A model generated the notes under the pieces. The model was not told the DNA's origin, did no database searches, and saw only the letters and a program-made list of their open reading frames with translations. A stretch of 64,000 nucleotides of DNA from Myxococcales bacterium (GTDB lineage Bacteria > Myxococcota_A > Polyangia > Polyangiales > DASUME01), in assembly GCA_047601445.1 (NCBI GenBank), contig JASGJH010000001.1, forward strand, positions 5,920,001 through 5,984,000, written 5' to 3'. This document shows, one piece after another, positions 1 to 8,318 of the stretch; the first letter of the stretch is position 1; each line of letters opens with the position of its first letter. Both the position numbers and the translations under genes were made by a program.

Positions 1-618
1 GACGGCAGCGCGTTTTGGGCCCTGCTCTCGGCGCGCACCGTGCAGTTCGGTGAGGAGGACTCGGCGCTGATCGCGTTCACCGACCTCACGGCGCAAAAGG
101 CCGTCGAGCATCAGCTGCGCACCTTGGCCCAGCGCGATCCCTTGACCCAGGCCTACAATCGCCACCACTTCTGGCAGATTGCCCACAACGAGCTCTCGCG
201 CGTGAAGCGCTACCAGCGACCGCTCTCGCTGGCGATGGTCGACGCCGACCTGTTCAAGGCCATCAACGACCAGCACGGCCACGACGCGGGAGACATGGTG
301 CTGCGAGCCATCGTCGACACCTGTCACGAGACCCTGCGCGAGAGCGACGTGCTGGCGCGCTACGGCGGCGAGGAGTTCGTGGTGCTCTTGCCCGAGACGC
401 CGAGCGAGGGCGCCCAGACCGTGATGGAGCGCCTGCGAGAGCGCGTGGAAAGCACCAGCATCATGCTCGACGACGGGCGCGAAGTGCGGGTCACGGTGAG
501 CATCGGGTTGAGCGCGCTTTTGGAGTCCGATCCGGACGTGGAGACAGTGCTCAAGCGCGCCGACGAAGCCCTCTACGCAGCCAAGCACAGCGGCCGCAAT
601 CGGGTGGTGTTGCGCTGA
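1..618 (+). CDS. Diguanylate cyclase (PAS/PAC-GGDEF), 5'-truncated by the window edge
   Basis: Frame open from base 1 (DGSAFWALLSAR, PAC-like); DPLT..NR, DADLFKAIND, RESD I-site and GGEEF motifs. Confidence 0.93.
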   Translation, partial: DGSAFWALLSARTVQFGEEDSALIAFTDLTAQKAVEHQLRTLAQRDPLTQAYNRHHFWQIAHNELSRVKRYQRPLSLAMVDADLFKAINDQHGHDAGDMVLRAIVDTCHETLRESDVLARYGGEEFVVLLPETPSEGAQTVMERLRERVESTSIMLDDGREVRVTVSIGLSALLESDPDVETVLKRADEALYAAKHSGRNRVVLR

Positions 619-677
619 GCCGCCTGGCTGTGGTTTGCTCTGGGGTTGGTGAACGCGTCTCGTCGAAGGCACATCCC

Positions 678-1133
678 ATGAAGCTGGACCACGACCTACT
701 CAAGGCGGACTTGGCGGCAGCCCAGGAAGAGCTCGGCGTGGTGATCCGCAGCGAGCAGACCACCCATGCCGGCGATGGCGGGCGCATGGTGCGCGAGCGG
801 GTCCTCGAGGTGAAACTGCCCAAGCGCTCGCCGGTCTGTGCCCGCTTCGTGCGCGAGGGGCTCATCGAGCGCGCCAAGAAGTTGTTCGTCGACGAGGTCG
901 AGGTGGGTTCTTCGTGGTTCGACGACCATGTCTACGTGGTCACGTCCACCCGCGAAGCTACCTCGGCGCTGCTCGAGAGCGAGCGCGTGCAGCAGGCCCT
1001 CATCCTGCTGGTCGATCCATCGCGACATGTGGAAGTCGATCACGACACCGTGCGCGTGGTGGACGACGACGCACTGGACGACGGCCGCGACGCGAGCGCC
1101 GAGCTACTCGCTTTCGTGGCCCACCTGGTGTGA
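678..1133 (+). CDS. Hypothetical protein
   Basis: ORF with GC-rich third positions; ATG at 678 after GAAGG; no recognised motif. Confidence 0.7.
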   Translation: MKLDHDLLKADLAAAQEELGVVIRSEQTTHAGDGGRMVRERVLEVKLPKRSPVCARFVREGLIERAKKLFVDEVEVGSSWFDDHVYVVTSTREATSALLESERVQQALILLVDPSRHVEVDHDTVRVVDDDALDDGRDASAELLAFVAHLV

Positions 1134-1145
1134 TGCGAGTCGGCT

Positions 1146-1227
1146 GCGAGCGTTAGCGAACCTCGCGGTGGGGCGGGTCCCGGCGCGGCTTTGCCGCGAC
1201 GGGCGGGGAGGTCGCGTGACCTCCCCC
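1146..1227 (+). repeat. Dispersed three-hairpin REP-like element, copy A
   Basis: GCGAGCGTTAGCGAACCTCGC-GGTGGGGCGGGTCCC-GGCGCGGCTTTGCCGCG-..-GGGGAGGTCGCGTGACCTCCCC; matches copies at 36596, 38540 and 56735. Confidence 0.9.
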
Positions 1228-1249
1228 GTGCAACAGCTGATCAAAGCGC

Positions 1250-2029
1250 TCAGCTGCGGGGCGCGGTGACGCGTTCCAGGGCGGCACGGCCCAGGAGCTC
1301 GAAGGCAAAGGGCAAGTCTTCGATGAGATAGCGTCGGAACAGCCGGCGCGGCTCCTGGACCAGGCGATGGATCCACTCGAGCCCCAACACCTGCACCAGC
1401 TCGGGCGCGCGCTTCACGTGGCCAGCCAGGAAGCTCAAGCTGATGCCAATTCCGGCCCACCAGGTCCCGGGCAGGCTCTCCTTGAGCGCCGCGATCACGT
1501 GTTCCTGCTTGGGCGAACCGAAGGCCACCAGCACGATGTCTGGGCGCGTCGCCAGGAGCTCGGCACGCAGGCTCGCCACTTCTTCGGGGCTCGGCGGAGA
1601 ACCCACGAAGGGCGAGCTGCGCCCGGCGATCTTCAGACCCGGGCTCGCGGCCAACAGCTTGGCGGCTGCCACCTCACTGGCGGCCGGGTCGCCGCCGAGC
1701 AGGTACACCGAGCGCCCTTCGCGCCCCGCGCGCTGGCAGAGGGGCAGCACCAGGGAGGAGCCCGCGACGCGCTCGGGCAGGGGCGTGCCCCGCACGATGC
1801 TCGCCCACACCAGAGGCATGCCGTCTGCCACACGCAGGTCGGCGGCAGCGTAGATGCTACGCGCCTTGGGGTCCTTCACATGCCGTCGCAGGAAGTCCAG
1901 GTTGGCAGTGACTAGCCAGCCGCCGCGTCCGCCTGCGAGCTCGCTGAACATGTAGTCGATCAACTGGCCGGTCTGGATGCACGCCAGGTCCATTCCACAC
2001 AACGCGACCTTGTCGAAAGGAGCTGCCAT
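1250..2029 (-). CDS. WecB/TagA/CpsF family glycosyltransferase
   Basis: VTANLD, VADGMPLVW, ERVAGS, VAFGSPKQE and GLEWIHRLVQEPRRL motifs. Confidence 0.95.
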   Translation of the reverse strand: MAAPFDKVALCGMDLACIQTGQLIDYMFSELAGGRGGWLVTANLDFLRRHVKDPKARSIYAAADLRVADGMPLVWASIVRGTPLPERVAGSSLVLPLCQRAGREGRSVYLLGGDPAASEVAAAKLLAASPGLKIAGRSSPFVGSPPSPEEVASLRAELLATRPDIVLVAFGSPKQEHVIAALKESLPGTWWAGIGISLSFLAGHVKRAPELVQVLGLEWIHRLVQEPRRLFRRYLIEDLPFAFELLGRAALERVTAPRS

Positions 2030-2145
2030 CGCCTCGCGATGCTGGAAGGGAATGCGCTGGTCGTCAAGCGTGCCCGGTCACGGTCCTGGTCTGGTGCGCT
2101 TCGGACGCGGGCTCGTCGCGAGCCAGCTCACGCGCCACGTTCGGC

Positions 2146-3979
2146 TTGCGCTCCGCCCCTTGCGCTTCGACACTCCGCGCCGTGTTTCCCCGGCGCATCC
2201 GCCTGTCACTCGGCTTGCTCATGCTGTTTCAGTTCGGGCTGTTCTTGGCGCTCGCCTGGCTCCGCTTTTCGAACGTGCACCAGCGTACGTTCGACCTCGC
2301 GCTTTATACCCGGGCGGCCTGGGGACTGGCTCACGGCGACGGTTGGGCCCCGGTGCTCGACATGCACGTGCTGGGCGCCCACCTCTCGCCCGCACTCCTG
2401 GCGTTGGGCTTGCTAGGACGCCTCCTGAGCCCGCTGTCCGACTCCGCGCAGGTGCTCGTGCTCCTGGTGGCGCAGGCGGCCTGTGCGGCCCTTGCGATGT
2501 GGCCCCTCGCGCGCATCGCGGCGCGCCGCGTGGGGATGCGCGGGGTTGCCCTCGCAGCGGCCGCCTGGTTCCTCTATCCGAACCTCGGTCACGTGACGAC
2601 CTACGAGTTCCACCCGGGCACCTTGGCGGTGCTCCCGATGGTCTGGGCCTTCGACGCACTCGACCGCGGCAAGCTCTCCGCGCTCGCCTGGGCCTGCCTC
2701 GGTGTGCTCCTTTGCCGCGAGGACCTGGGCGCCTTCTGCGTGTTGATCGCCTTGCTCGATTTCGCCGAGCGCGAGCGCAGGCCCGCCCTCTGGCTCGCCC
2801 TGGGCTGCTTGCTCTACTCCGGCATGGGCACCTGGTTGGTGGCGACCCATGCGCCGGCCAACAGCTCGCTGAATCAGCACTTCGGCGCCTGGGGAGGCTC
2901 GCCACTCGGGGTGTTCCGCGTGATTGTCAGCGACCCCGCGCGCGCCTGGGAGCACTTCGGCAGCCGCGAACGCCTGGCCTACCTGCCGCGTGTGCTCGCG
3001 CCGCTCTCGCTCTTCTCGCTGCGGGCCCCGAAGCTGCTGCTGCCGGCGCTGCCCTTCCTGGCCCTGAATCTGATCAGCACGTTCCCCACGGCCGACGAGC
3101 AGTACTCGCACTACCTCACGCCCGCCGTGCCCGCCATCGTGGTCTCGGGCCTCGTCGGCGTGGCCCAAGTGCGCGCTCGCTTCGTGCAAGGGTTGTGGTT
3201 CGTGACCCTGGCCATCGGCTTCCACGCCATGGGCGGGCTCCCGCTCGCACGCGACTTCGATCGCGCTGCTTTCGCCCCTGACACGAGCACCGACGCCGCG
3301 CGCAGCGTGCTCGCTCGAAATTCCCGCCGGGGCCAGCGTGCAGGCTCCCGATCCGCTGCTCCCGCACCTCGCCACTCGCAGGCTCGTCTACCGCGCGCCC
3401 CCGCCCGAGCGCGGCACCGACTTCGTGGTGCTCGACGTCTCCCACCGCGCCCGCTTCGCCAAGCGCGAGGACCTCTTGCGCACCTTCGAGGAGCCCCGCG
3501 TGCGCCCCTGGTTCGCGCGCAAGGACTACGCGCTCATCGCCTACGCCCCGCCCTACGCGCTCTTCGCGCGCGGTCGCGACCCGCGCACGAGTCCCGCCCT
3601 GGCGTCCTACTTCACTCCCGCGCCGATCTCTCCCGGGCTCGCCCCCATCCTGCTCACCGACTGCCTGTCCGTGAATCACGCTGCGCTCGAGGAATCCCAG
3701 ATCGTGCTCGGGTTCGTGGCCCACGGCCCCTGTCCCTCCGATCTCGCGCTCTACCTCGGTCCCACCGAGACGCCTGCGCGCACGGACCTCTTGTTCGACG
3801 GCGCGCTCTCGCCGGCCCAGCTACACGCGGGCGATCACCTGCGCAGCGTGCATCTCCTCAGCCCGCGTGAGCAGAAGCTCTACACGCGCGAGCTCCACAT
3901 CTCGGTGCTCCGCCAGAACGGTGCTCGCCCGTCCCCGAGCGATCCGCGTGCCGTTCGACTCGAGCTCACCCATGATTGA
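2146..3979 (+). CDS. DUF2079-like membrane protein (putative GT-C fold); one frameshift near 3318-3320; start uncertain
   Basis: FDLALY, HLSP, EFHP, CRED and HYLTPAVP motifs; removing one A from CGAAATTC joins ORF 2146 to ORF 3338..3979 (ARIPAGASVQAPDPLLPHLA). Confidence 0.75.
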
Positions 3980-4042
3980 GTGCCGAGTCCGCCCGCGTTC
4001 GTCCTCGCCTCGCTCCTCGTCCCACCGCCTTCTACCGCCACC

Positions 4043-4675
4043 ATGACCGAGCTCTACGTCATCATCGATCCCGAACACTGCGCAGAGCGCGACCCGCTCT
4101 GGGTCGCGGAGCAAGCCCTGCGCGGAGGCTGTGCGCTGCTGCAGCTGCGCAGCAAGGTTCAGCCCGATCGGGACCGACTCCGACTCGCCCAGGCCCTGCG
4201 CGAGCTGACGCGCGCGCACCGGGTCCCGTTTTGGGTCAACGACCGTGCCGACCTGGCGCTCCTGGTGGAAGCCGATGGACTGCACTTGGGCCAGGATGAC
4301 CTCCCACCCGCCGCAGCGCGGCGCCTGGTGGGACCCACCATGCGGCTCGGTCTCTCCACCCATTCCCTGGCCCAAGCGCAGGCCGCCAGCGAGCTCGACG
4401 TGGACCTGCTCGGATTCGGTCCGCTGTTCAACACCACGAGCAAAGCCAAGCCCGACCCCAAAGTCGGACCTGCCGGACTCGAGCAGGTGCTGCGCGCTAT
4501 CACCAAGCCCGTCGTCGCCATTGGCGGAATCAAGCTCGAGAACATTACGCCCGTGGCTCACCTGGCCCCTGCCTACGTGGCGGTCATCGGCGCCGTGTGC
4601 GGCGCGCCCGACCCCGAAGCCGCGGCACGCGACCTGGTGCGGGTCCTTCGAGGCTCAGCAGCTCAGGCTCAGTAG
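4043..4675 (+). CDS. thiE: Thiamine-phosphate synthase
   Basis: LYVI, LQLRSK, VNDRADLA, GLHLGQDD, GLSTHS, TTSK and VAIGGI motifs. Confidence 0.95.
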   Translation: MTELYVIIDPEHCAERDPLWVAEQALRGGCALLQLRSKVQPDRDRLRLAQALRELTRAHRVPFWVNDRADLALLVEADGLHLGQDDLPPAAARRLVGPTMRLGLSTHSLAQAQAASELDVDLLGFGPLFNTTSKAKPDPKVGPAGLEQVLRAITKPVVAIGGIKLENITPVAHLAPAYVAVIGAVCGAPDPEAAARDLVRVLRGSAAQAQ

Positions 4676-5427
4676 CCGAGGCTCTCGAAGTACTTGATGG
4701 CGCTCTCCACGGAGGAGCGGAACGCGGCGTGGACCAGGGCGGCCATCTCGTTCTGCTCGGCGCGCAGCGCTTCGTAGTACTGCTGGCGTTCGGTGCTGTG
4801 CACGATGACGGGCGGGAACCCGTGCCGGAGCAGCAGCAAATTCATGAACAAGCGAGCGACCTTGCCGCTGTGCTTGGAGAACGGATAGATGTGCAGCAGC
4901 TGGTAGTGAGCCTTGGCCGCCAGGCGCACCGGATGGGTGGCGCGCCGCGCCTCGGGGGAGTTCACCCAATCGATCAAGGTGCGCAGCTTGGGGGCGATCT
5001 TGTCGGGCTGGGTGATCTCGTGGAAGTAGAGCCGGTGAACCGGCATCTCCTTGCGGTACTTCGGCGGCCCCTTGGCTTCGTTCTCCTCGGGAGCCAGCGC
5101 GCAGTAGATGAGCTTGATGGTATCGAGAGTGATGGGCTGCTTCTTCTTCTCCGCCATGCTGCGGATCAGATCGATGGCCGCCTTGTGCTGCCGAATCTCG
5201 TCGTAGGCCGGGAGCAACGCCGGGTCGCTCAAGGGCTGCTGGTTCATCGCTGCCAGCAGTTCCTCTTGTCCGTAGACCACGCCCTCGATCGCGGAGTCGT
5301 GGTAGATCCACGACATATCAAAGCGCTGGTTGAACTTGGCAAGGATCTCGGGATCGGCCTTGGACACCAGTTCGTGGAAGCGATTGACGCGTTCTTCTAC
5401 GGGATCAGAGGGCAGGACGGGTTGCAC
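4669..5427 (-). CDS. Fic-domain protein with a non-canonical active-site motif
   Basis: YHDSAIEG (inhibitory-helix-like) and HIYPFSKHSGKVARL in place of HPFxDGNGRxxR; GGAGG RBS before GTG. Confidence 0.85.
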   Translation of the reverse strand: MQPVLPSDPVEERVNRFHELVSKADPEILAKFNQRFDMSWIYHDSAIEGVVYGQEELLAAMNQQPLSDPALLPAYDEIRQHKAAIDLIRSMAEKKKQPITLDTIKLIYCALAPEENEAKGPPKYRKEMPVHRLYFHEITQPDKIAPKLRTLIDWVNSPEARRATHPVRLAAKAHYQLLHIYPFSKHSGKVARLFMNLLLLRHGFPPVIVHSTERQQYYEALRAEQNEMAALVHAAFRSSVESAIKYFESLGY

Positions 5428-5570
5428 CGTACCTCCACCAACGCGCGCTAAGGACGAGGAGGCGGGGAATCACACCACTCCAACCAGGTCACGCCCGCGT
5501 CTCAACTAGGGCTGTTCGACGACAAGAGTATCGGCACCGATCCGCGAACGAGGCAGGGCGGTGCGGGCCG

Positions 5571-5599
5571 AATCTAAGCACGCGGTATTCTCAGGTCAA
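5571..5599 (-). promoter_or_regulatory. Sigma70-type promoter upstream of the fic-like gene
   Basis: Minus strand TTGACC-N17-TAGATT. Confidence 0.65.
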
Positions 5600-5614
5600 G
5601 AAAATCGTGTTCAA

Positions 5615-6145
5615 CTACTCGAGAACGTTGAGTAATTCTCGTTCGATCAGAGTTTTGGTCGGGGCGCCCGCGACGGCATAACGGATCACCTGCTCACGAT
5701 CGACGATGAACAAACTGGGGAAGGCCTGGACCTGATAGGCGATATGAGCCGCGTTTTGGCTATCGCTGACCAGCGGATAGCGGAAGCCCCACGCTTTCTC
5801 CAACAGACGATAGGCCGTGGGCGGGAGTGCCTCACCATTGACACCCACGAAGCGGACCCCGCGGCCCGCATACTTCTCGGCGAGCTCGCTGAGGTCCGGG
5901 GTGCTCATGCGGCAGGGACCGCACCAGCTGGCCCAAAAGTCGAGCACCACCACCTGACCTTTGAGGTCCGACAGGCGCATGCGATCGCCTTCGGCCGCGC
6001 CCTCGCCAGCCATCACTTGCAGGGCGAAGTCGGGGGCTGGCTTGCCCTCCATCTCGGAACCACCGAACTGCTTCAGGAGGAACCAACCGAACAGGAAGGC
6101 CACGCTCACGAAGAGCAGGTTGGAGCGTAGGCGTTGCCAGTTCAT
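5615..6145 (-). CDS. TlpA/ResA-like thiol-disulfide oxidoreductase
   Basis: N-terminal TM anchor; APDF and DFWASWCGPC motifs. Confidence 0.92.
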   Translation of the reverse strand: MNWQRLRSNLLFVSVAFLFGWFLLKQFGGSEMEGKPAPDFALQVMAGEGAAEGDRMRLSDLKGQVVVLDFWASWCGPCRMSTPDLSELAEKYAGRGVRFVGVNGEALPPTAYRLLEKAWGFRYPLVSDSQNAAHIAYQVQAFPSLFIVDREQVIRYAVAGAPTKTLIERELLNVLE

Positions 6146-7680
6146 GGGCGCGACTCGGGGACCCGTGAGGCACGGCTCATGGGCAACCTGATCTGAAAGC
6201 AGGCGCCACCTTCCGGGGCCTTCGCGCAGCTGATCTCGCCGCCGTGTTCGAGCACGATCTTCTTCACGATGGCCAACCCCAGGCCCGTGCCTTCGCTCTT
6301 GGTCGTGTAGTACGGATCAAACACGCGCTCCCACGCCTCCTCGGGCACACCCGGACCGTTGTCGCGGACCTCGAGGATAGCTTGGTCTTCGCGGTTGCGG
6401 GCCGCCACGACGATGCGGCCGTTTTGCTTGGCGGCACCACGCAGGGCTTGGGCTGCGTTGCGCACCAAGTTGTCGAGGCAGCGCTTGAGCAGCATGCCGT
6501 CGATCATCACCGGCAGCGCGCGGGGCTCGATCTCGGCCACCAGCTCCAGTGGGGTAGCGTCGTCATCATGGGCCTCGTCGCCGCGAAAGGGCGCGTCCAC
6601 CGCTTCGCGTGCGAACACGCCGAGATCCGCGGGCGATAGGTGCACCTCGGGCAAGCGCGCGAACTCGCTGAACTCACCCACCAGACGGCGTAGCGTGGCG
6701 ATCTCTTCTTCGACGATGGCGCGGGCATCCTCGAGCGTGCGTCGAAAGCGTGCGTCGTCGCCCTTGTAGGTGCGATGCACTTCTTGCACGGCGAGCTGGA
6801 TGGGGGTCAGCGGGTTCTTGATTTCGTGGGCGAGGCGGCGCGCGAACTCCTGCCAGGCACCGATGCGCGAGAGGTATTCGATGCGCGTGCGGGACTCCCG
6901 CATGTCTCGCACCATGTCGTTGAAAGCGCGCGTGAGGTCGGAGACTTCGTCGGCTTCTTCTACGGGCACGCTCACCGAGAGGTCGCCTGCACCGAGGCGC
7001 TCGGTGGCCTCGGCCAGCTGTGTGACGCGACGCGTGACGCGACGGGAGAGCGTGAGGCCGATGCCGAGCGCCACCACGATCACGCTCATCAAGAGCGCGA
7101 TGTAGACGGCGAGGTAGAAGCCCGAGACGTAGTCCGAGCCCTCCTTGAGTGCGCGGAACACCTCGCTCACCTCGCCGGCGCGCTGGTAGTCGCCGAAGGC
7201 GCGCGCGTCGGTACCCACGGTCACGCGTACGCCCACGTTGGGCACCCGGGCGAGTGGGACCTCGAGGTTGAGCAAGCGCAGGCTCGGTAAATCCACGCCC
7301 GGACGTTCCGCGGTGAAGAACGCTTGCTGGGCCTGCACCAGCTCCACGCGTTCCAGGTTTTCGTAGCGCGCGAGGATCGCGCCCAGGAGTGCGTGCAGCT
7401 CCGAGTCCGGAGGACGCTGCGCGTCGGCCAGGGCCAGGTTGAGCGACACGTCGTTCGCCACGGCCAGAGAGGTGCGCTCGGCGTCGGCACGTAGGGCGTT
7501 GAAATGGGTCTGGTACAGCGCGAGGCCGCGCTCGATCTCGCCACCCACCTGTTCGTTCACACCCACCGCGTAGGCCTCGCTGAGCACGCGCTGGCCCAAC
7601 ACCAGTGCGCCAATCAGTGGCATCAGGGCCACGGCGGCGATCGCGGCCGCGATCTTGCGTTCGAAACGACTCACCGCCAT
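6142..7680 (-). CDS. HAMP-domain sensor histidine kinase (NtrY-like)
   Basis: Two TMs, HAMP, H-box ARRLAHEIKNPLTPI, N-box NLVRNA, DNGPG and GTGLGL; ATG at 7680 overlaps the upstream gene. Confidence 0.93.
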   Translation of the reverse strand: MAVSRFERKIAAAIAAVALMPLIGALVLGQRVLSEAYAVGVNEQVGGEIERGLALYQTHFNALRADAERTSLAVANDVSLNLALADAQRPPDSELHALLGAILARYENLERVELVQAQQAFFTAERPGVDLPSLRLLNLEVPLARVPNVGVRVTVGTDARAFGDYQRAGEVSEVFRALKEGSDYVSGFYLAVYIALLMSVIVVALGIGLTLSRRVTRRVTQLAEATERLGAGDLSVSVPVEEADEVSDLTRAFNDMVRDMRESRTRIEYLSRIGAWQEFARRLAHEIKNPLTPIQLAVQEVHRTYKGDDARFRRTLEDARAIVEEEIATLRRLVGEFSEFARLPEVHLSPADLGVFAREAVDAPFRGDEAHDDDATPLELVAEIEPRALPVMIDGMLLKRCLDNLVRNAAQALRGAAKQNGRIVVAARNREDQAILEVRDNGPGVPEEAWERVFDPYYTTKSEGTGLGLAIVKKIVLEHGGEISCAKAPEGGACFQIRLPMSRASRVPESRP

Positions 7681-8318
7681 GGCGGAATCTCGACGTCCTG
7701 GGAACGCAAACGCAGCACCCGTTCGGCGGCGCCGATGCGATCGTTCACGAACAAGCTGACGAAGGAGCCAAAGAACGACTTGGTCTCGACGTTGTAGTCC
7801 GTGCGCGGCCGCGCCAGCCAACGGCGGATGCGTGCCACCGTGGAAGTCGAGAGGGGGTTGAGCTGAATCAAGCTCGCGACGTAGATGCGGTTCACGCCGC
7901 GGTAGTCGAGTGGTTCGCCCAAGGCGACGTCGCGCATCACGAGGCAGCGCTCGAGCACCTCGGCGCGGGTGCGCAGCGCCATGCTGGTGGTGACGCCGCC
8001 GATGACCTCGTGGTCCACGCGATACACGGCTTGCCACAGGTCGTAGACGATCTTGCAGCTGTGACCGGCGGCGGCGATGGGCTCCTCGGGCCGCGGTCCG
8101 TAGGCGAAGTGCTGCACGGCGATGCGCTGGGGCAGGCCGCTATCGAGCTTCTTGTCCACCTCGGCGTTGATCAGATCGCGCGCGGAGAAATAGAGGTGCG
8201 GGACGCCGTTGCTCCACACGATGCCCATGGTGCGGTTGCGGATGGCGTCTTCGGCGAGCGCAATGCCAGTGATCCACAGGAGGATCAGGCTCACGACCGT
8301 GACGAGGCGCTTGTTCAT
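7671..8318 (-). CDS. DUF4390-like exported protein
   Basis: Signal peptide MNKRLVTVVSL; IVYDLW motif; position just upstream of an NtrY-like kinase. Confidence 0.7.
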   Translation of the reverse strand: MNKRLVTVVSLILLWITGIALAEDAIRNRTMGIVWSNGVPHLYFSARDLINAEVDKKLDSGLPQRIAVQHFAYGPRPEEPIAAAGHSCKIVYDLWQAVYRVDHEVIGGVTTSMALRTRAEVLERCLVMRDVALGEPLDYRGVNRIYVASLIQLNPLSTSTVARIRRWLARPRTDYNVETKSFFGSFVSLFVNDRIGAAERVLRLRSQDVEIPPWR

